Origin: an uncultured Actinomycetota bacterium
GTDB lineage: Bacteria > Actinomycetota > Actinomycetes > Mycobacteriales > Mycobacteriaceae
Assembly (NCBI GenBank): GCA_963824505.1
Contig: CAWGPS010000030.1
Span: 4,658 to 68,657, forward strand
Direction of reading: 5' to 3'
Length of the DNA: 64,000 bases
The notes under the pieces are model-generated. The model saw nothing but the letters and a program-made list of their open reading frames with translations. It did not search any database and had not been told where the DNA came from. Numbering within the stretch: the stretch's first letter is position 1; the number at the start of each line of letters is the position of its first letter. Of the stretch, positions 8,988 through 18,400 are shown one piece after another. A program made the position numbers and the translations under genes.

Positions 8988-9333
8988 GTGCCGACCTACA
9001 CGTACGAGTGCACCGAGTGCGGGGACCGCTTCGACATCGTGCAGGCCTTCACCGACGACGCGCTGACGACCTGCGACCGTTGCTCGGGGCGGCTGCGGAA
9101 ACGGTTCAACTCGGTCGGCATCGTGTTCAAGGGCAGCGGCTTCTACCGCACCGACAGCCGGGAATCGGCCAAGAGTTCCACCAACGGGTCCTCGAAGAGC
9201 GACTCCGCGTCCGGTTCCGGGTCGAGCGAGAAGCCGGCATCGAGCGAGAAGTCCGGCTCCTCGGAGAAGTCCGGATCGGGCGAGAAGCCTTCCAGCAGCT
9301 CCACCCCCCTCCACCGCCGCCGCCACGACGTAA
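8988..9333 (+). CDS. FmdB/CxxC_CxxC_SSSS-family zinc-ribbon protein; 3' end inferred across an apparent +1 insertion in a C6 run
   Basis: VPTYTYECTECGDRFDIVQAFTDDALTTCDRCSGRLRK, then a Ser-rich tail. As sequenced, the frame stays open to 10076 and overlaps the whole next gene. Removing one C from the run at 9304-9309 gives ...SSSSTPSTAAATT* with a TAA at 9331-9333. Confidence 0.65.
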
Positions 9334-9399
9334 CCGGGTTATCCACAACGGCGTCGTCGGCCGGAGACGTTCGGGCGGCGCCCCGCCTACCGTTGCGGC

Positions 9400-10068
9400 G
9401 TGGGCGAACCGTCGCTGAATGCCACGCTGGTGCGCCGGCTGTCGGCCGCGTTGCGCCCCGACTGGACCCGCACAGTGCTGGCCCGGCGACTCGCCGCCGG
9501 CGGCCTCGTCGCCCTGGCCTGCGCCGCGACGCTGAAGTCCAACCCGGCCGACGAGGGCGCCGACGTGGTGGTCGCCGCGCGCGACCTCGGTCCCGGGACC
9601 GCGTTGACCGCCCAGGACATCCGGATCGAAAAACGCTCGGCCACAAGCGTTCCCGATGGATCACAGGCCGACGTGGGCACTGTGGTCGGCGCGACGCTGG
9701 CCGGCCCGGCCAGGCGCGGCGAAATCATCACCGACGTGAGGTTGCTGGGCAACCGGCTGGCCGACTCGACGGCCGGGCCCGGCGCCCGCCTCGTGCCGCT
9801 GCACCTGGCCGACAGCGCCCTGCTCGACCTCGTTCGTGTCGGCGACGTCGTCGACGTGCTCGCGGCGCCGACCGCCGCTTCCCCGGAAGCCACCCCACCG
9901 GCTTCCCGGGTGGTGGCCACCGACGCCGTCGTGGTCCTCGTGTCGGCCAGGCAGAAGAACCAGGCAGCGGACGACGACCGCGTAGTCTTAGTTGCGCTGC
10001 CGGCACGGGTGGCGAACACGGTGGCAGGTTCGGCGCTGGGTCAAGCGGTAACCCTGACCCTGCACTGA
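9400..10068 (+). CDS. SAF-domain protein (Flp pilus assembly CpaB/RcpC-like N-terminus), Rv0990c-like by position
   Basis: 222 aa with an N-terminal TM (LAAGGLVALACAATL) followed by a SAF-like segment (VVVAARDLGPGTALTAQDIRIEK). Confidence 0.7.
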   Translation: MGEPSLNATLVRRLSAALRPDWTRTVLARRLAAGGLVALACAATLKSNPADEGADVVVAARDLGPGTALTAQDIRIEKRSATSVPDGSQADVGTVVGATLAGPARRGEIITDVRLLGNRLADSTAGPGARLVPLHLADSALLDLVRVGDVVDVLAAPTAASPEATPPASRVVATDAVVVLVSARQKNQAADDDRVVLVALPARVANTVAGSALGQAVTLTLH

Positions 10069-10134
10069 GTGCCTGACCGCCGGCCACCACCGGGCCTGCA
10101 GCAAACTTTGTCAAGTCCAGAAAGGGACGCTGCC

Positions 10135-10596
10135 GTGTTCAAAGGGTTCAAGGAGTTTCTCTCCCGGGGCAACATCGTCGATCTGGCCGTCGCGGTGGTC
10201 ATCGGTACGGCTTTCACCGCGTTGGTCACCAAGTTCACCGACAGCATCATCACGCCGCTGATCAACCGGATCGGCGTGAATCAGCAATCCGACGTCGGCA
10301 TCCTGAAGATCGGCATCGGCGGCGGCCAGACCATCGACCTGAACATCCTGCTGTCGGCGGCGATCAACTTCATTCTGATCGCGTTCGTCGTGTATTTCTT
10401 CGTCGTGCTGCCCTACAACACGCTGCGCAGGCGGGGTGAGGTCGAGCAGGCCGATGACGCGCAGATCGTCCTGCTCACCGAGATCCGCGACCTGCTCGCG
10501 CAGAGCAACGGAGACTCCCCGGGACGGCACGGCAGCGGAGGCGACAAGACACCGCCGCCGAGCTTCGGTCCTCGCGCGGACGCCGAGTCCCTGTAG
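10135..10596 (+). CDS. mscL: Large-conductance mechanosensitive channel
   Basis: [47 protein letters not shown]... is near-identical to my memory of mycobacterial MscL. GTG start at 10135. Confidence 0.93.
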   Translation: MFKGFKEFLSRGNIVDLAVAVVIGTAFTALVTKFTDSIITPLINRIGVNQQSDVGILKIGIGGGQTIDLNILLSAAINFILIAFVVYFFVVLPYNTLRRRGEVEQADDAQIVLLTEIRDLLAQSNGDSPGRHGSGGDKTPPPSFGPRADAESL

Positions 10597-10615
10597 GCGA
10601 CCCGCCCGGTCCGGT

Positions 10616-11176
10616 TCAGATCTCCAGGCTCGACAACTGCCCGATGATCTGGGCGGCCAGCGGATTGAGTGTGGCCATCCCGTCGCGCACCGCGTAACGG
10701 GACCCGGCGAGGTTGACCACCAGCGTGCTACCCGACACACCGGCCAGGCCGCGGGACAATCCGGCGTCGATGATTCCGGCCGCCAGGGCCGAAGCCCGGA
10801 TGGCTTCCGCGATACCCAGGATCTCCCGGTCCAGGATCTCCCGGGTGGCCTCCGGAGTGACGTCGCGCGGCGTGACACCCGTTCCCCCCACGGAGACAAC
10901 GAGATCGACCCCGCCGATCACCGCGGTGTTCAACGCGTTTCGAATTTCGACCTCGTCGGCGGCGACGGCCACCACACCGTCGACGACGAATCCCGCCTCC
11001 GTCAGCAGTTCGGTCACCAGCGGCCCGCTGTGGTCCTCTTCGTCCCCGTGCGCGGTGCGGTCGTCGACGACCACGACGAGCGCACGGCCGACCACCAACT
11101 CCGCACCCGTTTCCATGGGTGCCACCGTATAACCGAGCTCCGACAGTCCCGTCGCCGAGGGCTCACCGAGTCGCAT
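10616..11176 (-). CDS. moaB: MoaB/Mog-family molybdenum cofactor biosynthesis protein
   Basis: LVVSVGGTGVTPRDVTPEAT...LAGVSGSTLVVNLAGS. Its ATG shares one nt with the pepD TAA (TAATG). Confidence 0.85.
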   Translation of the reverse strand: MRLGEPSATGLSELGYTVAPMETGAELVVGRALVVVVDDRTAHGDEEDHSGPLVTELLTEAGFVVDGVVAVAADEVEIRNALNTAVIGGVDLVVSVGGTGVTPRDVTPEATREILDREILGIAEAIRASALAAGIIDAGLSRGLAGVSGSTLVVNLAGSRYAVRDGMATLNPLAAQIIGQLSSLEI

Positions 11177-12711
11177 TACTGATCCGCCTTCCCCAGGGTG
11201 ACCGGTACGGTGCGGCTGCCGCCGCCAGCGTCCTGGAAGGTGAGCGTCACCTTGTCGCCGGGCGCTTTGGAGCGCACGGCGGCCACCAACGCGTCGGCGC
11301 TGTTGATGGGCCGGTCGTCGACCTTGGTGACGACGACCCCCTTGGGCACTCCGGCGGCCGCGGCCGCGCCACCCTGCACGACGTCCATGACCTTGGCGCC
11401 AGGGGTGCCCTTGTCGGTTGTCACCTGCACGCCGAGGGACGCGTGCGTGGCCTTACCGGTGCTGATCAGCTCGTCGGCGATGCGCTTGGCCTGGTCGACC
11501 GGGATCGCGAAGCCAAGGCCGATGGAGCCGCTCTGGGCGTCCGGCGAATCGGCGCCGAGGGTGGCGATCGCCGAGTTGACGCCCACCAGCTGGCCGTTCA
11601 TGTTGACCAGCGCACCGCCCGAGTTACCGGGGTTGATCGCGGCGTCCGTCTGGATCGCGTCCAGGACGGTGTTCTGGTTGCCCGATTCGCCGGTGGTGGA
11701 CACCGGTCGGTTCAGCGCACTGACGATTCCGGTGGTCACCGTGCCCGCCAGCCCCAGCGGCGATCCGATCGCCACCACCGGCTGACCGACCCGCAGGTCC
11801 GAAGAGGATCCCAGCGAAATCGGGGTGAGGCCGGAAATGCCCTGCACCCGAATCACGGCGATGTCGCTGGTGGGGTCGGCGCCGACGACCGTGAACGGCG
11901 CGGTGCGGCCGTCGGCGAGCGTGACGGTCGTCTTCGGCGCCGGACCACCCGGTCCACCCGGCCCGCCCGGACCACCCGGCGCGCCGGGGCCGCCCGGGGC
12001 GCCGGCGGGCTTGCCCGGGCCGGCGGCGGCGGCGACCACGTGGTTGTTGGTGAGGATGAGCCCGTCGGCCGACAAGACGATGCCCGAGCCCTCTTCGGAC
12101 TGGCGCCCGATGTCGGTCTCCAGCATCACGACGCTCGGCACCACTTTCGAGGCGACCTGCTCGACGCTGCCGGGCGGCATGTTGGCCGCCGGAACGCTCG
12201 GAGCGCCGGCGATGATCCCGCCGCTCCTGCCGGCGACCGGGTGCGTACCCAGCTCGACGGCCGACGCCGCAACGCCGCCGATACCCGCCGAGACCACCGC
12301 GATCGCCAACGCCCCCACGGTCAGAAGACCGGCGCGCGAACGCTTTTGAGGCACCCCCGACTGGGGAGGCATCGGCGGGTACATCCCGGGGATCGGGCCG
12401 GAGCCGGTGCCGCCCGGGATGGGCCCGGGTCCGGTGCCGCCGGGGATCCGGATCGGCCCCGTGCCGGCAAACGGCTCGTACGGCGGACGACGGTACGGTG
12501 CCGCCTGCGTCGGTTGCGACGGCTGCGGCCGCTGGTACCGCCAATCGGGCTGCTGGCCGTACGGCTGAGCGTGCCCCTGGGCATACGGCGACTGGCCGGA
12601 GGGCTGATTGGGCGCGGCTCGGTATTCCGGCCGCTGCGGCGGTGGCGAATACCTCGGGTCATTCGTCATGGCGCTACGTCGCTCTTCCTCTATTTCGGTA
12701 CTTCGGCTCAC
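11176..12711 (-). CDS. pepD: HtrA-like secreted serine protease with C-terminal PDZ
   Basis: TNNHV, DIAV and GNSGGALVN form the catalytic triad context. PDZ-like C-terminus. Pro/Gln-rich N-terminus followed by a TM segment. Confidence 0.92.
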   Translation of the reverse strand: MSRSTEIEEERRSAMTNDPRYSPPPQRPEYRAAPNQPSGQSPYAQGHAQPYGQQPDWRYQRPQPSQPTQAAPYRRPPYEPFAGTGPIRIPGGTGPGPIPGGTGSGPIPGMYPPMPPQSGVPQKRSRAGLLTVGALAIAVVSAGIGGVAASAVELGTHPVAGRSGGIIAGAPSVPAANMPPGSVEQVASKVVPSVVMLETDIGRQSEEGSGIVLSADGLILTNNHVVAAAAGPGKPAGAPGGPGAPGGPGGPGGPGGPAPKTTVTLADGRTAPFTVVGADPTSDIAVIRVQGISGLTPISLGSSSDLRVGQPVVAIGSPLGLAGTVTTGIVSALNRPVSTTGESGNQNTVLDAIQTDAAINPGNSGGALVNMNGQLVGVNSAIATLGADSPDAQSGSIGLGFAIPVDQAKRIADELISTGKATHASLGVQVTTDKGTPGAKVMDVVQGGAAAAAGVPKGVVVTKVDDRPINSADALVAAVRSKAPGDKVTLTFQDAGGGSRTVPVTLGKADQ

Positions 12712-12753
12712 GATCGGGGTCGACGTGGCTCGATTCCAACAGTAACTGCAGAG

Positions 12754-14337
12754 CTAGCCTGCCTGCGTGGACTGAGACTCCACTGAGACAACGTTCGCGG
12801 ATTCCCGTGAGTTCTCCGCGCCGAAGATTGGCGCGTCGGCGGCGGCCCGAGTGGCAGCACCACGGCTCGGCGTGTCGCCGCCGGGCGTCGGGGGCACCGG
12901 TCGTCCGGGCAGCAACACGTAGATCGACGTGCCTGGCGGCTGGCCGCCCGGCACCGTGTCCTCGATCCGAAGCCGTCCCCCGTGGTTCACCACGACTTTC
13001 TTGACGATCGCCAACCCAAGGCCCGAGCCGGGCATGGCCCGCGCCGTGGTCGACCGGTAGAACCGTTCGAACACCAGGCCTCGCTCGTGCGGCGGAATGC
13101 CCGGCCCCTGGTCGGAGACCACCAATTCGGCGTGTGACGGATCGAGTCGCCTCAACGTGACGCCGACGCGGCCGCCCGGCGGGCTCCACTTGGCGGCGTT
13201 GTCCATCAGATTGAGCACCGCGCGCGAGAGCCCGGCGGCATCGCCGTACACCTGCCACGGGACTGCGTCGACATCGAATTGAATGTCGTTGCGCCGCCGC
13301 CTGACTCGCTCCAAGCTGCGATCGACCACCTCCGACATGTCGACTGGCTCGTGCACGACCTGGCCGGCGTCATCCCGCGTCAGGTCCACTAAATCGCCTA
13401 CCAGAGTGGACAATTCCTCGATCTGGGCCAGCACGTCGGCGCGCAGCTCGACCATCTCCTGCTCCGGCAGGCGCGGCGCTCCCGGTTCCATCGAGGCCAT
13501 CAGCAATTCCACATTGGTGCGCAGCGACGTCAGCGGGGTGCGCAATTCGTGTCCCGCGTCGGTGACCAGCCGCGCCTGCCGTTCCCTCGATTCGGCCAAC
13601 GCACGCAGCATCAAGTTGAAAGCTTCAGTGAGCCTTGCCAATTCGTCGCTGCCGAAGACCGGGATGGGGCGCAGGTCGTCCGTGCGCGCCACCCGTTCGG
13701 CCGCTTCGGTGAGTCGGGCTACCGGGCGCAGACCCGCCCGGGTGACCATGCCACCGGCCACGGCGGCGACCGCGACGCCGACACCGCCGACGATCAGGAG
13801 CACCCAGCGGAGTCTGGTCATGACAACCTGGGTCGGCTTGAGGCTCTTGGAGATCACCAGCGAGGAGCCATTCTGCAGGTGCAGGGCGAGGACGCGCTGA
13901 TCGAACACGGTGCGCCGCGACATGAGCAGGTCGCCGCGGATGACGGCCTGCTCCGGGGCGCCCACCGGCAGCGTCTGGCCGGGCTGCTGGGCGGTGTAGA
14001 CGGAGTGGCCGGGGTTCACCAGCATCGCGTTGACGTCCGAATAGGCGGTGCCCTCGATGGCTTTGCCCGGGTCGGCGGCCAGTGAACCGCTGGCGATCAG
14101 CAGTTGCGCCCGGCTCTGCAACTGGTTGTCGATATCGCTGTACAGCGCGGCGGCGATCACGGCATACACGGCGAATGCCATCAAGACGACGACCATCGCC
14201 ACCATCGACATCGCGAGCAGCATCACCCGCCACCGCAGGGACAACGAGGTGGTGGCCCGGCGCGGCGGGCGCCGGTGCCGGTCCAGCCCGATCATCGCCG
14301 GCCCGGCGGGATCACGGCGGTGTCTCCCGGAGCACAT
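12754..14337 (-). CDS. mprB: Two-component sensor histidine kinase MprB
   Basis: TM, HAMP, H-box [10 protein letters not shown] and an HATPase domain ([16 protein letters not shown]). Alternative start ATG 14295, downstream of the mprA stop. Confidence 0.9.
   Translation of the reverse strand: MCSGRHRRDPAGPAMIGLDRHRRPPRRATTSLSLRWRVMLLAMSMVAMVVVLMAFAVYAVIAAALYSDIDNQLQSRAQLLIASGSLAADPGKAIEGTAYSDVNAMLVNPGHSVYTAQQPGQTLPVGAPEQAVIRGDLLMSRRTVFDQRVLALHLQNGSSLVISKSLKPTQVVMTRLRWVLLIVGGVGVAVAAVAGGMVTRAGLRPVARLTEAAERVARTDDLRPIPVFGSDELARLTEAFNLMLRALAESRERQARLVTDAGHELRTPLTSLRTNVELLMASMEPGAPRLPEQEMVELRADVLAQIEELSTLVGDLVDLTRDDAGQVVHEPVDMSEVVDRSLERVRRRRNDIQFDVDAVPWQVYGDAAGLSRAVLNLMDNAAKWSPPGGRVGVTLRRLDPSHAELVVSDQGPGIPPHERGLVFERFYRSTTARAMPGSGLGLAIVKKVVVNHGGRLRIEDTVPGGQPPGTSIYVLLPGRPVPPTPGGDTPSRGAATRAAADAPIFGAENSRESANVVSVESQSTQAG
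12771..12789 (-). promoter_or_regulatory. MprA-box-like direct repeat upstream of pepD (GTCTCAGT-GGA-GTCTCAGT on the coding strand)
   Basis: Two identical 8-mers separated by 3 nt, read directly from the sequence. They lie in the last codons of mprB, about 60 nt upstream of the pepD start. Confidence 0.55.
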
Positions 14338-15004
14338 AGCCCACCCCGCGGACGGTATGGATCAACCGCGGCTCGCCCTCGGCTTCGGTCTTTCGGCGCA
14401 GATACCCCACGTACACCTCCAGCGCGTTGCCCGAGGTGGGAAAGTCGAACCCCCACACCTCCTCCAGGATGCGGCTGCGGGTGAGCACGCGCCGAGGGTT
14501 GGCGATCAACATCTCCAGCAAGGAGAACTCGGTGCGGGTAAGGCTGATCTGGCGCTCCCCGCGGGTGACTTCGCGGGTGACCGGGTCGAGGGTCAGGTCG
14601 GAGAACTTCATGGCCACCGACTCGGCGGTGTCGTCGGGCTTGGTGCGGCGCAACAGCGCCCGCATGCGGGCCAGCAACTCCTCGAGCGCGAACGGCTTGG
14701 GCAGGTAGTCGTCGGCGCCGGCGTCCAGGCCGGCAACCCGCTCGGAAACCGAATCGCGGGCGGTGAGCACGAGAATCGGCAGGTCATCGCCGGTGCTGCG
14801 GAGCTGCCGGCACACCTCCAGGCCGTCCAGGCGGGGCATCATGACATCCAGGACGAGGGCGTCGGGCCGGTCACCGGCAATCATCTCCAGCGCCTCGACG
14901 CCGTCGTGGGCCAATTCGACCGAATAGCCGTTGAACGAAAGCGACCTGCGCAACGATTCGCGCACAGCGCGATCGTCGTCGACGACAAGTATGCGCACGG
15001 CCAC
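14312..15004 (-). CDS. mprA: OmpR-family response regulator MprA
   Basis: [15 protein letters not shown]...DVMMPRLDG receiver domain plus a winged-helix C-terminus ([13 protein letters not shown]). Confidence 0.93.
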   Translation of the reverse strand: MAVRILVVDDDRAVRESLRRSLSFNGYSVELAHDGVEALEMIAGDRPDALVLDVMMPRLDGLEVCRQLRSTGDDLPILVLTARDSVSERVAGLDAGADDYLPKPFALEELLARMRALLRRTKPDDTAESVAMKFSDLTLDPVTREVTRGERQISLTRTEFSLLEMLIANPRRVLTRSRILEEVWGFDFPTSGNALEVYVGYLRRKTEAEGEPRLIHTVRGVGYVLRETPP

Positions 15005-15020
15005 TAGTTTCGCCTTAGCG

Positions 15021-15039
15021 CCTGAGAGCGGCCTGAGAG
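15021..15039 (-). promoter_or_regulatory. MprA-box-like direct repeat upstream of mprA (CTCTCAGG-CCG-CTCTCAGG on the coding strand)
   Basis: Two identical 8-mers with a 3-nt spacer, 17 nt upstream of the mprA GTG, inside the 54-bp rpmF-mprA gap. Confidence 0.6.
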
Positions 15040-15058
15040 GCTGCGCCGGGTGAGCGAG

Positions 15059-15232
15059 TTAACGCCGGTCGAGATCGATGAGGCCAAGCCGGGCCGCCTT
15101 GAGCAGTCGCCGCGGCACCTTGTGCTTCTGGCCCGCCACCGTGACGCCGACGAGTTCGGTCGGGGTGGCCTTCCACTGCGCGCGCCGGCTTCGGGTGTTC
15201 GCGCGCGACATTCTGCGCTTGGGTACGGCCAT
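15059..15232 (-). CDS. rpmF: 50S ribosomal protein L32
   Basis: [22 protein letters not shown]... (57 aa). The track ORF is over-extended at its 5' end. Confidence 0.92.
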   Translation of the reverse strand: MAVPKRRMSRANTRSRRAQWKATPTELVGVTVAGQKHKVPRRLLKAARLGLIDLDRR

Positions 15233-15539
15233 GGTCGGGCCTAACTCCTGAGGGACTCGGTTCGTGCGTCGCGCGGCATCAAAGGCCTGTCGGCCGAACA
15301 CGCGACGATTGCCCACCAAGGATAGTCGGTGACCTGCTGCTCGCCAAAACCAACGCCCCGCGGGGCGCACCTACCGCCGAGATTGCCGTGGAGCCGTGCT
15401 CTGGCCTGGCAGAAACGACCATCGCGGCAATCCCGGGCGCAAGAGCCAAGCACCTTGACGCGGTACCCGCGCCACCCGCTAACCTACCGGTTGGTTGGCT
15501 GGTAGCGCTCGACGGTGATTCGCTGAAGGAGGAAGGCCA

Positions 15540-17243
15540 ATGGCTGCTGCTTCTGGCCCGGTGCGGATCGCCAACTGCTCGGGGTTCTACGGCGACCGGC
15601 TCGCGGCCATGCGCGAGATGCTGACCGGCGGTGACGTCGACTACCTCACCGGCGATTACCTGGCCGAACTGACCATGCTCATCCTCGGCCGGGACCGGAT
15701 GAAGAACCCGGACCGCGGCTACGCCAAGACCTTCCTGACACAACTCGAGGACTGCCTGGGCGAGGCCTGCGACCGCGGCGTGCGCATCGTCGCCAACGCC
15801 GGCGGCCTCAACCCGGCCGGGCTGGCCGACGCGATACGGGCCCTGATCGAGCGCTTGGGCATCGACGCCCGGGTCGCGCACGTCGAAGGCGACGACCTGC
15901 TGGCGCGCGCCGGCGAACTGGGGCTGGGCAGCCCGCTGACCGCGAACGCCTACCTGGGCGCGTGGGGGATCGTCGACTGCCTGGGCGCCGGGGCCGACGT
16001 CGTCGTCACGGGCCGGGTCACCGACGCGTCGGTGATCGTCGGCGCGGCGGCGGCGCACTTCGGCTGGGGCCGCACCGACTACGACCCGCTGGCCGGCGCC
16101 GTGGTCGCCGGGCACGTCATCGAATGCGGTGTCCAGGCCACCGGCGGCAACTACTCCTACTTCACGGAGGTTCCCGACCTCACCCATCCCGGGTTCCCGC
16201 TGGCCGAGGTGAATGCCGACGGCTCGTCGGTGATCACCAAGCACCCCGGCACCGGCGGGTTGGTCAGCGTCGACACCGTCACCGCACAGTTGCTCTACGA
16301 GGTCACCGGGGCCCGCTACGCCAACCCCGACGTCACCGCGCGGATGGACACCATCGCGCTCTCCGCGGACGGCCCGGACCGGGTGCGCATCAGCGGCGTG
16401 CTCGGCGAACCGCCGCCGGCCACGCTCAAGGTGTCGCTGAACAGCATCGGCGGCTTCCGCAATGCCATGACGTTCGTGTTGACCGGCCTGGACATCGAGG
16501 CCAAGGCGCAGTTGGTGCGCCGCCAGCTGGAGGCCTCGCTCACCGTCAAGCCCGCGGAGCTGCAGTGGACGCTGGCCCGCACCGACCACCCCGACGCCGA
16601 CACCGAAGAGGCCGCCAGCGCGCTGCTGCACTGCGTGGTCCGCGACCCCGACCCCGCCAGCGTCGGGCGCCAATTCTCCTCGGCGGCAGTCGAATTGGCG
16701 TTGGCGAGCTATCCGGGCTTCCACGCGACCGCGCCGCCGGGCGACGGTCAGGTTTACGGCGTGTTCACCGCCGGCTACGTCGACGCCGCGCAGGTGCCGC
16801 ACGTCGCGGTCCACCCCGACGGCACCCGCCGCGACATCCCCTGCGCCACCGAAACTTTGGAATTGGCGCCCACCGATCCCCCGCCCCTGCCGGAGCCGTT
16901 GCCGGCCGGGCCGGTTCGCCGGGCCCCGCTGGGCCGCGTCGCCGCAGCCCGCAGCGGCGACAAAGGCGGGTCGGCCAACATCGGGGTGTGGGTGCGCACC
17001 GACGACCAGTGGCGGTGGCTGGCCAACACGCTGACCGTCGACCTGTTGAAGGAACTGCTGCCCGAGGCGGCGGAACTCGAGGTCACCCGGCACGTGCTGC
17101 CGAACCTGAAGGCCGTGAACTTCGTCATCGAGGGCATTCTCGGCCAGGGCGTGGCCTACCAGGCGCGATTCGACCCACAGGCCAAGGGGCTGGGCGAATG
17201 GCTGCGCAGCCGCTACGTCGACATCCCGGAGGCCCTGCTGTGA
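15540..17243 (+). CDS. AtuA-like protein (DUF1446, acyclic terpene utilisation family)
   Basis: VRIANCSGFYGDRLAAMREMLTGGDVDYLTGDYLAELTM is the characteristic DUF1446 N-terminus. GAAGGAGGAAGG precedes the ATG. Confidence 0.8.
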   Translation: MAAASGPVRIANCSGFYGDRLAAMREMLTGGDVDYLTGDYLAELTMLILGRDRMKNPDRGYAKTFLTQLEDCLGEACDRGVRIVANAGGLNPAGLADAIRALIERLGIDARVAHVEGDDLLARAGELGLGSPLTANAYLGAWGIVDCLGAGADVVVTGRVTDASVIVGAAAAHFGWGRTDYDPLAGAVVAGHVIECGVQATGGNYSYFTEVPDLTHPGFPLAEVNADGSSVITKHPGTGGLVSVDTVTAQLLYEVTGARYANPDVTARMDTIALSADGPDRVRISGVLGEPPPATLKVSLNSIGGFRNAMTFVLTGLDIEAKAQLVRRQLEASLTVKPAELQWTLARTDHPDADTEEAASALLHCVVRDPDPASVGRQFSSAAVELALASYPGFHATAPPGDGQVYGVFTAGYVDAAQVPHVAVHPDGTRRDIPCATETLELAPTDPPPLPEPLPAGPVRRAPLGRVAAARSGDKGGSANIGVWVRTDDQWRWLANTLTVDLLKELLPEAAELEVTRHVLPNLKAVNFVIEGILGQGVAYQARFDPQAKGLGEWLRSRYVDIPEALL

Positions 17244-18400
17244 GCATTTGGCACACGCCGGAACGCGAGCAACTGCGAAAGACCGTGCGCTCCTTCACCG
17301 AACGCGAGATCCTGCCCCACGCCGATGAGTGGGAGCGCACCGGAGAACTGCCACGCGATCTGCACCGCCGCGCCGGGGCGGCCGGCCTGCTGGGCGCGGG
17401 CTTGCCCGAGGCGGTCGGGGGCGGCGGCGGCGACGGCGCCGACGCGGTGATCATCTGCGAGGAGGTGCACCAGGCCGGCGCGCCCGGCGGGGTGTTCGCG
17501 TCGCTGTTCACCTGCGGCATCGCGGTGCCCCACATGATCGCCTCCGGCGATGCCCGGCTCATCGAGGAGTTCGTGCGGCCGACGCTGTCCGGCGACAAGA
17601 TCGGCGCGCTGGCCATCACCGAACCCGGCGGCGGGTCGGACGTCGGGCACCTGCGGACGGCGGCTGAGTTTGTCCGCGAGGACGGCGACGGCTACTACGT
17701 CGTCAACGGCGCCAAGACCTACATCACCTCCGGGGTTCGTGCGGATTACGTCGTCACCGCGGTGCGCACCGGAGGCTCAGGCGCGGGCGGGGTTTCGCTG
17801 CTGGTGATCGAGAAGGGCACGCCCGGCTTTGAGGTCAGCCGCAAGCTCGAGAAGATGGGGTGGCGCTCCTCGGACACCGCGGAGCTGTCCTTCACCGACG
17901 TCCGGGTGCCGGCGGCCAACCTGATCGGCGCGGAGAACAGCGGCTTCGCGCAGATCGCGCAGGCCTTCGTGGCCGAGCGCGTGGGCCTTGCCGCGCAGGC
18001 CTATTCGAGTGCGCAGCGCTGCCTGGACCTGACCCTGCGGTGGTGCCGCGACCGGGAGACCTTCGGCCGCCCGCTGATCTCGCGTCAGTCGGTGCAGAAC
18101 ACGCTGGCCGAGATGGCCCGCCGCATCGACGTCGCCCGCGTCTACACGCATCACGTTGTCGAGAGTCAACTCGCCGGCGAGGCCAACCTGATCGCACAGG
18201 TGTGCTTCGCCAAGAACACGGCCGTCGAGGCCGGCGAATGGGTGGCCCACCAAGCCGTCCAGCTTTTCGGAGGGATGGGATACATGGCCGAGTCGGAAGT
18301 CGAACGCCAATACCGGGACATGCGGATCCTCGGCATCGGCGGCGGCACCACCGAAATCCTCACTTCCCTGGCGGCCAAAACCCTGGGATACCAGTCTTGA
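17240..18400 (+). CDS. fadE13: Acyl-CoA dehydrogenase
   Basis: ACAD fold (ALAITEPGGGSDV, YITSG, ...QLFGGMGY...ERQYRDMRI). The GTG overlaps the upstream stop (GTGA). Confidence 0.85.
   Translation: MSIWHTPEREQLRKTVRSFTEREILPHADEWERTGELPRDLHRRAGAAGLLGAGLPEAVGGGGGDGADAVIICEEVHQAGAPGGVFASLFTCGIAVPHMIASGDARLIEEFVRPTLSGDKIGALAITEPGGGSDVGHLRTAAEFVREDGDGYYVVNGAKTYITSGVRADYVVTAVRTGGSGAGGVSLLVIEKGTPGFEVSRKLEKMGWRSSDTAELSFTDVRVPAANLIGAENSGFAQIAQAFVAERVGLAAQAYSSAQRCLDLTLRWCRDRETFGRPLISRQSVQNTLAEMARRIDVARVYTHHVVESQLAGEANLIAQVCFAKNTAVEAGEWVAHQAVQLFGGMGYMAESEVERQYRDMRILGIGGGTTEILTSLAAKTLGYQS

Noticed and set aside
8952-10076. 374-aa ORF taken at face value as a long FmdB fusion protein
   Set aside because: After the Ser-rich tail the translation becomes Arg-rich nonsense and overlaps the entire SAF-domain gene in another frame. 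It is better explained by one extra C in the run at 9304-9309.
15279-17093. 604-aa minus-strand ORF
   Set aside because: Antisense to the AtuA-like gene. The composition is typical of an off-frame shadow (G/R/A/P-rich, no motifs).
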